Positions 1 to 8,394 of a stretch of DNA of 20,249 bases are shown here, piece after piece. The notes below the pieces were generated by a model, which was not told the origin of the DNA, made no database searches, and saw nothing but the letters and a program-made list of their open reading frames with translations. Origin of the DNA: Candidatus Hadarchaeota archaeon (GTDB taxonomy: Archaea > CAYQAE01 > CAYVLA01); contig CAZUNO010000034.1 in the NCBI GenBank assembly GCA_964621445.1, forward strand, positions 1-20,249. Direction: 5' to 3'. Numbering within the stretch: position 1 is the first letter of the stretch; each line of letters opens with the position of its first letter. The translations under genes were made by a program, and so were the position numbers.

Positions 1-224
1 TCAGCTGGGAAGCTCCCGCCTGCGGTTAGGGAGTATAGCTGTGTCTCGGTGTGGCTGTTGCCGTTCAGTTCGACGATCCATTCGGATACGCCGTCCTGGT
101 CGACGTCGCCCCACCAGCCACCGTTCTCCTGCCTCCTGTTCACCGCGATATGCTCGTTCAGGTAGTAGTACTCTAGGGCACCGGTTGCTGCCCCTTTCCT
201 CCATCCGTTTCCGGAAATCCCGGA
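1..224 (-). pseudogene. Gene fragment running off the window edge, FG-GAP-like motif, no clear start codon
   Basis: Manual translation of a minus frame not in the ORF track: SGISGNGWRKGAATGALEYYYLNEHIAVNRRQENGGWWGDVDQDGVSEWIVELNGNSHTETQLYSLTAGGSFPA... It is closed upstream by TGA at 227-225. The only canonical start is GTG at 143. Confidence 0.4.
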
Positions 225-280
225 TCATGAAATACTTAATAGAGAGTACAGAGCCCCCAGAACGTTCCCGGGCCCTGTTC

Positions 281-1534
281 TTGAGGATATTGGTTATCTG
301 CGTTTTTTCTGTTCTCTTTATTATTCCGATATCCCTGGGTGCCCAGGAGATGGCTTCCAAGAGAGTCCCGGTTCTCTATCTTGGTGATCCTCTTCACGGG
401 TTCACTCCCTTTGTGCCCCTTAATGAGGATGCCATAATCGAGGTCGATCCCATAGCGGCTTATCATCACGGCGGCTACGCCGTCTCTTTGACCAACATCA
501 GACGCTACATCCGGATCTATATGCCACGTAGCTATGACCAGTATCTGGAAAAATACGACGTAATGATCATCTCCAACGCCTATCAGGCATCCATCCACCA
601 CTCCCATCAGATCTGGTTCAGGGACGGTGTCCTGGAAGATGGGATGGGGTTGACCATGATCGCGGGACAGGATAGCTTTGGGGCCTCCAGTAGCCGACCC
701 GATGCCAGCTGGGCAGGGACTCCGGTGGAGGAGGTTCTCCCGGTCAAGATTCCAACCGGTCCCCAGGTAATCGAACATAACTGGATAAGATGGAAGACCA
801 TGCAGATTGTGGATCACCAAAATGAATTCATATCGAGCCTTCCCTATCAACCAAAACCCGGGTACATGAAGATGCCCGTTAATGGTCAGCTCGTTGGGTT
901 GAAGGAGGGGGGTAGGATGCTGGCCCGTTGGATATATCCCGAACTTGGAAATCCACCACTTTACGCAACCTGGGACATCTCATCGGGCAGAACCTACGCC
1001 ATGATGCATGAGTGGGCAAATCCCGGTACCCAGGGAGGGGGCAGGTACTTCTCTCGCTGGGAATACCTACCGGATTATGCCATCAACCTGGTTCTATATC
1101 TAGCGAAGAGGGAGTTATCCCCGGATTACCTCGCCCTCCATCAGTACAGGGAGCTTGTGCACCGTCTATTCATAGGTAGAAACACCCTGATTTCCCTGAT
1201 AGATTTCGTGGAGAGCTTCGGGGGCAACTCCGGGGAGATATACGAGGAAGTGGAGAACCTGGATATCATGGTGAGAGAGACGGAAGAATACTACATAAAC
1301 CAGGACAGCGGTGCCGCTCTTGAGGGGATACGGACCGCTGTGGATAAACAGGGTCAGATCGAGGAGCTTGCCATCGAGGTAAAGGACCGAGCCCTCCTAT
1401 GGGTCTACATCACGGAATGGCTGAGCGTCATGGGGGTAATGCTGCTTTCGGGCTCGATCCTATGGAACCTGATGGTTCGCAGGCGATTATTTAGGGGAGT
1501 CAGCCATACTAGACTTCGGAAAGCCTCCGATTAA
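281..1534 (+). CDS. Membrane-anchored GATase1-like (PF07090/DUF1355-like) protein, paralog A
   Basis: Signal-like LRILVICVFSVLFIIPISLGA; motifs VLYLGD, YDVMIISN, GMGLTMIAGQDSFG..WAGTPVEEVLPV, PLYATWDISSGRT; C-terminal TM plus RRR. Start placed at TTG 281 because a TATA-like AAATACTTAAT lies at ~230-240. ATG 227 is an alternative; GTG 41 is unlikely. Confidence 0.85.
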   Translation: MRILVICVFSVLFIIPISLGAQEMASKRVPVLYLGDPLHGFTPFVPLNEDAIIEVDPIAAYHHGGYAVSLTNIRRYIRIYMPRSYDQYLEKYDVMIISNAYQASIHHSHQIWFRDGVLEDGMGLTMIAGQDSFGASSSRPDASWAGTPVEEVLPVKIPTGPQVIEHNWIRWKTMQIVDHQNEFISSLPYQPKPGYMKMPVNGQLVGLKEGGRMLARWIYPELGNPPLYATWDISSGRTYAMMHEWANPGTQGGGRYFSRWEYLPDYAINLVLYLAKRELSPDYLALHQYRELVHRLFIGRNTLISLIDFVESFGGNSGEIYEEVENLDIMVRETEEYYINQDSGAALEGIRTAVDKQGQIEELAIEVKDRALLWVYITEWLSVMGVMLLSGSILWNLMVRRRLFRGVSHTRLRKASD

Positions 1535-1666
1535 GGATTCTTAGCACCTCTATCAATGAGTCCAGGTAAGGCATGGATTGATCATTACAGGGATTCAACC
1601 CCAGGGAGAGACCCAAACACATTTCCCAGGGGATAATTCCATGTTTCAGGAAAGGATAGATGCGAA

Positions 1667-3118
1667 ATGGCATTGATCGATATTGGTTCCCAAAAGCAGC
1701 TTCTGTTCGACGATTACCTGATGGAGAGTATTACAGACACCAGGCAGGTCCTAAACCGGGCCAGGAAGGTTGTTGATAATCCGGTACTCGCTACCGATCG
1801 TCCCTGGGAGGGCAACGACCTTCGTTTGGGGCAGGTGATTTTTGACGAGCGGGAGGGTATCTTCAGGATGTGGTACTCGGCCACGGAATGTTGGGCTCAC
1901 CAGGGAGAGGATGGTGTTGTGGTGGAAGGGGGAGAGAACAGCTTCATATGCCTGGCAAATTCGGATGACGGAATAAACTGGGAGAGGCCGGAGTTAGGTC
2001 TAGTCGAGTTCGAGGGTTCCTGTGCCAATAACATCCTGCCCGAAGAGATGTATATGCCATACCTCTTTCAGGACCTGCACGAGGAGGACCCTGAAAAAAG
2101 GTACAAGGGTCTCAGACGGACCAGTGGAGAAGACGGCATGCGTTTCGACCTCTACTACTCACCCGACGGATTTGAGTGGTCGCCTTTCCCGAACAACCCG
2201 GCCATCGACACCTCTAGCCTGCCCGGGCGGTGGGGACCTACCCACTTTATGGGCTGGGACCCGATCCGTGAGGTGTACGCGGTCCACATGGAGAACTGTC
2301 ATCACCGACATTGCCCGCTGGGCAAGCGGGTTATAGGAAGATCGGAGAGCCCGGATATGTTGGATTGGACGGAGCCGGAAACCATCATCATTCCCGATGG
2401 GGAGGACTACCCCGACACCCAGTTCTACGCCATGCCGGCCACTACATATGAGGGTGTCTATATAGGCCTACTCTGGAACTTTCGAACAACGAACACAACG
2501 CACTATCCGGAGGTGGTGTTCAGCCGGGACGGTATACACTACCAGCGCAGGTACCGGAAGCCGTTCATCGTCCAGGGAGGTCTGGGGGACTTCGACGCCG
2601 TAAGCATATACGTCCAGGCTCCAGTCATTCACCAGGAGGAGATACTTGTGTACTATACGGGCGTTAACTGGAGGTCCCCGGAGACCCTTCTGGAACTGGG
2701 AGACCGGGCAAGGGCAGGGATCGGCCTGGCCAGGCTGCCGATCGATGGATTCGTGTCCCTGGATGGAAAGATAGGAAAGCCCCCGGCGGTGCTCACCGGC
2801 CAAAAGGGACCCGCGAGCTTCAGCCGTGCGGTCACTCGTTCATTCTCCTTTTCCGGTAGCAAGCTTTACCTAAACCTGGAATCTGCCCGCCAGCAGTGGG
2901 GGGCAGGTCCGTGTGATGTCAGGGTTGAGATTCTGGACTCCATCCATCGCCCAATCGAGGGGTTCACCTTTCAGAATGCCGACCCTATAACCAGTACGTC
3001 TTCATCCCACATCGCCTCCTGGGACGGTGAGCCGGAGGTCGGGGAACTCCAGGGAAGACCGGTTAGGCTCCGGTTCTACTTCAAGAACGCGAAGCTCTAT
3101 TCCTTTCAGTTCAGGTAG
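1667..3118 (+). CDS. Five-bladed beta-propeller glycoside-hydrolase-like protein with C-terminal beta-sandwich, cytoplasmic
   Basis: 483 aa; NPVL..DRPWEG, FRMWYS, SDDGINWERP, YSPDGFEW, SRDGIHYQR repeats; C-terminal GRPVRLRF..NAKLYSFQF. Substrate unknown. Confidence 0.8.
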   Translation: MALIDIGSQKQLLFDDYLMESITDTRQVLNRARKVVDNPVLATDRPWEGNDLRLGQVIFDEREGIFRMWYSATECWAHQGEDGVVVEGGENSFICLANSDDGINWERPELGLVEFEGSCANNILPEEMYMPYLFQDLHEEDPEKRYKGLRRTSGEDGMRFDLYYSPDGFEWSPFPNNPAIDTSSLPGRWGPTHFMGWDPIREVYAVHMENCHHRHCPLGKRVIGRSESPDMLDWTEPETIIIPDGEDYPDTQFYAMPATTYEGVYIGLLWNFRTTNTTHYPEVVFSRDGIHYQRRYRKPFIVQGGLGDFDAVSIYVQAPVIHQEEILVYYTGVNWRSPETLLELGDRARAGIGLARLPIDGFVSLDGKIGKPPAVLTGQKGPASFSRAVTRSFSFSGSKLYLNLESARQQWGAGPCDVRVEILDSIHRPIEGFTFQNADPITSTSSSHIASWDGEPEVGELQGRPVRLRFYFKNAKLYSFQFR

Positions 3119-3152
3119 GGTTCATGTCTACACTACAGTAAGAGGGATGGTT

Positions 3153-3620
3153 CTAACGCCACCCGATGATGCCCGATGCCCATGAAACAGCGCGTTCCAG
3201 CTCTCCTTCCATCAATGGGCCCTCCCTGTCCTTCACGTAGAAGCCCTCGGGTTCGGCAGCCGGGACACCCCCCTTCCTGCGAAGTTCCTTGTCGATACGA
3301 GGGGCGGCATAGCCGCCGATCTTCATGAATAGACGCAACCCCCTTCCTACCTCCTCGCCGGAGATCCTGGTGTCGAAGGCCGCCACCTTCACCTCCTTAA
3401 GGGCGGAGTTGGGGATATCGCTCAGGAATTTTCTAGTTGCATCCGAGGCCCTGAAGGCGCGAGTTGGTGAACCCACGATTAGGAGGTCCAGGGGTTCCAG
3501 CCCCCGTGCATCGATTTCCCCGACTTTGTGCATGACGACTTCATCGATGGCGCCGGTAATGGCCTCGGCTACCTTTTTCGTATTACCGAAAAAGGAGTCA
3601 TAAAGTACCAATCGGTTCAT
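3153..3620 (-). CDS. Flavodoxin family protein
   Basis: YDSFFGNTKKVAEAI FMN loop, LIVGSPT, VAAFDTR, GPL..GELERA..W; SD GGGGTG 5 nt upstream of ATG. Confidence 0.93.
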   Translation of the reverse strand: MNRLVLYDSFFGNTKKVAEAITGAIDEVVMHKVGEIDARGLEPLDLLIVGSPTRAFRASDATRKFLSDIPNSALKEVKVAAFDTRISGEEVGRGLRLFMKIGGYAAPRIDKELRRKGGVPAAEPEGFYVKDREGPLMEGELERAVSWASGIIGWR

Positions 3621-3654
3621 CTGTACACCCCATGAAATTCTGCCAGTAAGCCTT

Positions 3655-3909
3655 CTATTCCGAGTTATCGGCCTCCATGGTCAAAGCGACGAAAGCACCA
3701 ATGGCGCCCATGACGCCGCCAATTATGACCATGACTATGGTATCGCTGATCACGAACCCAATCATGCCTGGTCCTTCATAGTAGAAAATGGATCCCCACA
3801 TTACCGGGGCAATTATGAGCCCAGCAATCAGGTGATGGAGAAGGGCTACCGTTGCTCCCAGGGCGCTGCCGCCTAGGATCTTCTCCATATCCATGCTCTG
3901 AGGATCCAC
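3655..3909 (-). CDS. Small 2-TM membrane protein (downstream half of an apparently split 4-TM protein)
   Basis: Gly/Ala-rich TM helices (GGVMGAIGAFVA). GTG start immediately follows the in-frame TGA of the upstream ORF, with GGGGGTGA 4 nt upstream. Confidence 0.65.
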   Translation of the reverse strand: MDPQSMDMEKILGGSALGATVALLHHLIAGLIIAPVMWGSIFYYEGPGMIGFVISDTIVMVIIGGVMGAIGAFVALTMEADNSE

Positions 3910-4119
3910 TCAATCACCCCCCAGTATCCTGGCCCTAATGGGGTCCCCGTTTGCCCATGTGTAGCCCGCATAGCCGAGTATAGCGAGCTTGATGGCCCAG
4001 AAGAGGCTGGACCCCCCGGGAGCCATGTTCCAAACTATCTCAAGTAGGACCAGCGCGATGACAGGGCACATGGCCGCCCTGAGCACGGCACAACAGTCGA
4101 TACCAAGGATATCCACCAT
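3910..4119 (-). CDS. Small 2-TM membrane protein (upstream half)
   Basis: Two hydrophobic segments (PVIALVLLEIVW; LFWAIKLAILGYAGY). Start ATG 4119 or GTG 4128. Confidence 0.65.
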   Translation of the reverse strand: MVDILGIDCCAVLRAAMCPVIALVLLEIVWNMAPGGSSLFWAIKLAILGYAGYTWANGDPIRARILGGD

Positions 4120-4469
4120 ATATATCACGGTGAAAAGGCGATACTTGTTGAAAAGCTTTGCCGGGCTGCCAATTGCTAGGAATATTAAAGGATTTGAAAT
4201 ACCCTATCCTCTAATTATGGGATATGGCATGCCTGGATGGTTTTCCTGAATAGAAAGTAGACCCAATGGGGTGATAAGCATGTGTTTTGGGGAGTGGGAC
4301 ACTGATGGACTTGGTGCTTTTGCCCACCAGATCTACAAGTTGAGGACCTAAATTGGTAAAAAGGAGAAGCGGTGGGCACCCTGTCATTCATCGATGGGTG
4401 GTCGCGACCGAGATGAAGTAATTTCATCCTGTCCTTCCTGCTTCTGTTGATATGGTGGTATGTTTACTT

Positions 4470-5768
4470 CTAGGAGTCGAAGGTGGTCGTTTTGGTCTCC
4501 TGGTAGAGCTTGCCCCTTATCATGATTTCCCAGACCAGAAAACCGGTTAGGACCGAGGTCCCCGCAACCGACAACCATTCTATGATATACACCCAGGTCA
4601 GCGCCCGGTCCTTGGCCTCTAGAGCCATTTGCATATTCCCTGAAATGGAGGTAATCGATTTTCCGAGCTCTTCCAAGGCCATCCCGTATTCCCCGTCCAT
4701 CCAGTGGTCGTCAGCCCGGTTACGAATCCCCTCGGTGATTGCTAGATGCTCATAGAGCTGGTTGGTGTTGGCGCCGAAACCCTCCGCAAATTCTATAACT
4801 GACAGGAGGAGCGTCATTTGTTGGTTGTATTTGGTTATCAACATGCGGAGTTCGTGCGTCACCGCTACCTCTGGTATACTGGCCCTGGCAGGGAAGTAAA
4901 CCATCCTGGCGATTACATCCTTCCAGTACTCCCAGCGGTAGAAATCTATCATTCCATGGCCAGCCCAGTTGAAGATGAATGCCAGGGTCCTTCCCTTCCC
5001 CACATCCCAGTAAACCAGCGCGGGATCGTCCTTCGGGTCCGAGGGGTGGGTCTCGTCCGTGGTCACTGCGACGGTGGTTGAGCCGGACTTGGGGTGAGGC
5101 CTGTTGGTCGACCATATCATGGGCATGTCCTCCCAGTCTATACCGCCGGTTAGGGGGCTTTGGGTTACGGGCCTCAGCCTGAATAGGTGATCCCGGTAAC
5201 TGGCATGGTCGGTTCCCTCAACCGGCAGTAGCTGGCCGATTGGTGTGGGGTCCCAGGGCGATCCGGGCTTAGGTGTCCAGGCCGTGGAGGTGGTTCCAAA
5301 TGACGTCGCGTCATCGGCCATCAACAGACCGAACCCGTGGTCCTCAACCGCTGCTTTGGTCCAGACATGGAACCTGGCTTTCAGATCCTCCGAACGGATC
5401 CCGGCTATTATCAGCATGTCGTATTTCTCAACCATGTCATCTTCGCTTCTAGGTAGGTAAAGGCGCAGCCACCTCTGCATGCTCCGGTAACCCGTGGCCC
5501 AGCTGGTGCCTATCTCGGCCTCGATCCTGGTCAGCTGTATCTTTGGGTCCTCTATCATGGCCGGGGCCGGGTATCCGGGACCGAGATCGGAGTCACCTAT
5601 GTACAGAACCCTTATTCTCCCGGTCTTGGCGTCGGTTCTCGCACCACTTGGGGGCAAGAGCATAATCAGGAATATGAGGGAAAGAAGGATCGCCGGTGTT
5701 AGCGGCCCAAGAATCGGTATTTCCGTTATGTCTGTACGGTTCATCGAGGTGTGGCACTGCAAAGGCAT
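4470..5768 (-). CDS. Membrane-anchored GATase1-like protein, paralog B
   Basis: Signal-like AILLSLIFLIMLL; RVLYIGD, RLYLPRS..EKYDMLII, GFGLLMADDATSFG..WDPTPIGQLLPV, PALVYWDVGKGRTLAF; same C-terminal TM motif as paralog A. Confidence 0.88.
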   Translation of the reverse strand: MPLQCHTSMNRTDITEIPILGPLTPAILLSLIFLIMLLPPSGARTDAKTGRIRVLYIGDSDLGPGYPAPAMIEDPKIQLTRIEAEIGTSWATGYRSMQRWLRLYLPRSEDDMVEKYDMLIIAGIRSEDLKARFHVWTKAAVEDHGFGLLMADDATSFGTTSTAWTPKPGSPWDPTPIGQLLPVEGTDHASYRDHLFRLRPVTQSPLTGGIDWEDMPMIWSTNRPHPKSGSTTVAVTTDETHPSDPKDDPALVYWDVGKGRTLAFIFNWAGHGMIDFYRWEYWKDVIARMVYFPARASIPEVAVTHELRMLITKYNQQMTLLLSVIEFAEGFGANTNQLYEHLAITEGIRNRADDHWMDGEYGMALEELGKSITSISGNMQMALEAKDRALTWVYIIEWLSVAGTSVLTGFLVWEIMIRGKLYQETKTTTFDS

Positions 5769-5800
5769 GGCCCCCTTTCCCTATAATTATTGGATGGAGA

Positions 5801-5816
5801 TACTTAAATTGGTTTG
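5801..5816 (-). promoter_or_regulatory. Putative archaeal BRE/TATA promoter of paralog B
   Basis: Minus strand CAAACCAATTTAAGTA, about 32 nt upstream of ATG 5768. Confidence 0.5.
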
Positions 5817-5843
5817 AAATCCTATGGGGCATGCTATTATACA

Positions 5844-5951
5844 CTACTTCTTGGATTTCGGCTTATCCCCTTTTTTCTTCTTGTGATCATTCAATTCTTT
5901 TTGAGTATCGAAATCCAGACCGCATGACTTGCACTTGTATTTTTCCGACAT
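5844..5951 (-). CDS. 35-aa C2H2-like zinc-finger microprotein
   Basis: MSEKYKCKSCGLDFDTQKELNDHKKKKGDKPKSKK* matches Y-x-C-x2-C-x3-F-x5-L-x2-H. It has its own TATA-like box ~30 nt upstream and is below the ORF-track size cutoff. Confidence 0.8.
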   Translation of the reverse strand: MSEKYKCKSCGLDFDTQKELNDHKKKKGDKPKSKK

Positions 5952-5980
5952 CCTAGATCGATCGGAGGATTGTGGAAGGA

Positions 5981-5994
5981 GATAAAGGGGTTTC
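5981..5994 (-). promoter_or_regulatory. Putative BRE/TATA promoter of the zinc-finger gene
   Basis: Minus strand GAAACCCCTTTATC, ~30 nt before ATG 5951. Confidence 0.5.
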
Positions 5995-6079
5995 CATTCT
6001 CCATCCGGAGATACCGAATATTGCCCCTGGTACCGGTAGAATACATTGGGGGAGGATTAGATTTCTGGCTGGGTGATTT

Positions 6080-7318
6080 TTACTCCTGGGATAGCCTGGT
6101 GATGGTTACCTCCCTGTACAGGCCCCTCCTGACCATCAGCCACCACAGGGTCACCCCGGAGACCAGGGCAACGGCGGTGGTGGCCAGCCACTCCGAGATG
6201 TAGATCCAGGTAAGGGCGCTGTCCTTTGCCTGGTTGGCCTGGTCCATGGCCATGTTGGCAAGTTCCAGGGCCTCCTCCATCTCCTCGCTGGCCTCCTGGT
6301 ATCTGTGTTCCAGATAGTCTAACTCGGCCTGTTCCCTGACCTCGTAGGCATCGGACAGGGTTTCATGCGCCCGGTTGGTATTGGCCCCGACCCGGGAAAC
6401 GAAGTCGGTTACGCTGTGGAACATGGAGGCCATGTCCAGGAAGTACTGGAACTGGACCTTTACGTTCTTGGCGTTCACCGCTTGATCCAGGGTAAAGGTA
6501 TCCCATTCCAGGGTATGAAAACAGATGTTGAGGAATATGAGCTCCCACCATTCCCCGGCTCTCTGCCACTGGGGTCTATCGTAGCCCGGGTGGATCCCGA
6601 AGGACCAAGCTTCGGATTCGCCGTAGGGCCAGGAGATGAATGCGGGGGCCTCGGGTTCCCAGGCCGGGCCGTTGATCATGTATATCCATATCGTTGCTCC
6701 CTCCTTGGCATAACAGGGCCGACATGTCCTATAAATTGGGTCGTCGAAGATACCGGTCTCCTCAAAGGTGGTGAACACTGGGGAGCGGTCCGACGCCAGT
6801 CTTAGGGGTCTGTTGGGCCACCACTCGGCAAATCCAGATTTCTTGGATTCGGCCACGTACCTCTCGTAGTCGATGGGGAAAACGTCCGACAGCGGGCTGG
6901 CCAGCCAGGGGTCCTGGACCTCGGCCCAGGTGCTCAGAGGGTATCCAAAGGACACCTTCCCCTCCATACCTACAAAGTTGACCATCATCTGCTGCTGCTC
7001 CATGGTAAAGAGGTCCATCTTCGGAGCGTTTATGAACAGCACCTCATACTCCAGGAGGCTGTCCCTGTTTCTGGGAAAGTATATCCTGATCTGGCGATGG
7101 AGCTGTTCATCGGACAGTCCGGCAAAGAAGGCCCTCCCAGGGGCCAGAGTGACATCGACACCCGGTTCGGCATCGCCAAGGTGGTTCACCCAACTGCGCA
7201 GATTGCCAACGGTAAGAAATTCCAGCAACCTTTCCTGCTCAGGGACTGCGGCAAAGGCGACCTGATTGAGGATTACCAGGGTCATCAGGATAAGGAGTAG
7301 CTTTCCGTGAAAGGACAT
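6080..7318 (-). CDS. Membrane-anchored GATase1-like protein, paralog C (most diverged)
   Basis: Start re-placed at MSFHGKLLLILMTLVILNQVAFA (ATG 7318, preceded by GAGGGGG and a TATA-like TTTTTATC at ~7343-7350); RQIRIYFPRN; PWLASPLSDVFPI; conserved stalk and TM motif. Confidence 0.85.
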   Translation of the reverse strand: MSFHGKLLLILMTLVILNQVAFAAVPEQERLLEFLTVGNLRSWVNHLGDAEPGVDVTLAPGRAFFAGLSDEQLHRQIRIYFPRNRDSLLEYEVLFINAPKMDLFTMEQQQMMVNFVGMEGKVSFGYPLSTWAEVQDPWLASPLSDVFPIDYERYVAESKKSGFAEWWPNRPLRLASDRSPVFTTFEETGIFDDPIYRTCRPCYAKEGATIWIYMINGPAWEPEAPAFISWPYGESEAWSFGIHPGYDRPQWQRAGEWWELIFLNICFHTLEWDTFTLDQAVNAKNVKVQFQYFLDMASMFHSVTDFVSRVGANTNRAHETLSDAYEVREQAELDYLEHRYQEASEEMEEALELANMAMDQANQAKDSALTWIYISEWLATTAVALVSGVTLWWLMVRRGLYREVTITRLSQE

Positions 7319-7725
7319 ATGATGGCCCCCTCGACTTCGATAGATAAAAAGATTGTAGTCCGAGTTGAAATATTGATCTTTTAGCATGTATCCATCTGAT
7401 TGTTCGATGCCGGATAGCTTTCAGGTCCCTGGGTCCGTTACTTTTTGGTTTATCTTTCAGAGTCTTCAGGAAACCGTTGGGCCATATGGAGAGAACCATA
7501 TTCAATATAACCCCAACGGCTACCATGAATTCCCAAAAGAGCGATTGAGTTAAGTCTGGGATTTTCAGGAGAAGAATTTTGCACGTTGTTAGGTTACGGG
7601 ACAGATTAAGAGAATGACCGATCAATAAAGTGTCCCTTTAATCTAAAAATGGCTGATTATAGGGGCCTCCCACGGATACATGTGTACCTTTTTGAAATGT
7701 GGAGACATAACTGGTCTAGATAAGG

Positions 7726-8292
7726 ATGTCTGACACGATAATTGAGAAATGGTCAACAGTGGAACCCCCGCCAGCACCGGACCTGGAGCGGGTAAGGCTT
7801 ACCCCGAGCGAGACGGCCCTCCTGGTGCTGGATATTCAGTACGGAAACTGCAACCAGGATAGGAGACCTCGATGTCTGGAAACGCTTCCCGGAATCCGTC
7901 ATCTGCTCACCGAGGCCAGGGCCAATGGGTTGTTAGTGGTTTACAGCCTCACCCGGAATGCGGATAGGTCGGATATTCGGGAGGAGGTCGCTCCTCTGGT
8001 GGAGGAGAAGGTGGTCCGGTCCAGCGTGGACAAGTTCCAAGGGACAAAGCTGGGTAGAATTTTGGATGAAGAGAAAATAAACACGGTCATCGTGGCGGGT
8101 ACCTCCGCCCAAGGTGCAGTCCTTCACACGGCTACGAGAGCCGCCTTGAGGGGGCTTAGGGTGATAGTGCCTGTTGACTGCATCTCCTCGGGAGACCTTT
8201 ACCCGGAGCAGTACACGGTATGGCACCTGACCAACGCCCCGGGCAGCAGAAGGCATGTGGTCCTAACCCGATCCGATCAGGTATCGATCTAG
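7726..8292 (+). CDS. Isochorismatase/cysteine-hydrolase family protein
   Basis: TALLVLDIQ, VIVAGTSAQGAVLHTA, GLRVIVPVDC. Confidence 0.9.
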   Translation: MSDTIIEKWSTVEPPPAPDLERVRLTPSETALLVLDIQYGNCNQDRRPRCLETLPGIRHLLTEARANGLLVVYSLTRNADRSDIREEVAPLVEEKVVRSSVDKFQGTKLGRILDEEKINTVIVAGTSAQGAVLHTATRAALRGLRVIVPVDCISSGDLYPEQYTVWHLTNAPGSRRHVVLTRSDQVSI

Positions 8293-8394
8293 GAAATATG
8301 CATCTCAAATGTCTTTGACCAGTTCTCAATGAGATTGGATGACGTGGGAGAATCGGTCCCTGGCCCCGGAAAGAGCTTTTAGCCTGATCCGGAT

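Noticed and set aside
1-360. 119-aa minus ORF, and the 41-226 extension of paralog A
   Set aside because: Arg-rich shadow translations; a different minus frame is more protein-like.
3860-3945. Bulge-helix-bulge intron or SECIS explaining the in-frame TGA
   Set aside because: The best pairing found by eye (CCCA-UUA-GGGC / GCCC-UGGG) has the bulge on the wrong side and no inner helix. The downstream hairpin is weak, archaeal SECIS elements are normally in UTRs, and the context is not redox-like.
7239-7625. 128-aa minus ORF with an IPD plus hydrophobic segment
   Set aside because: It overlaps the promoter and start of paralog C, is AT-rich and has no recognisable motif. At most a decayed remnant.
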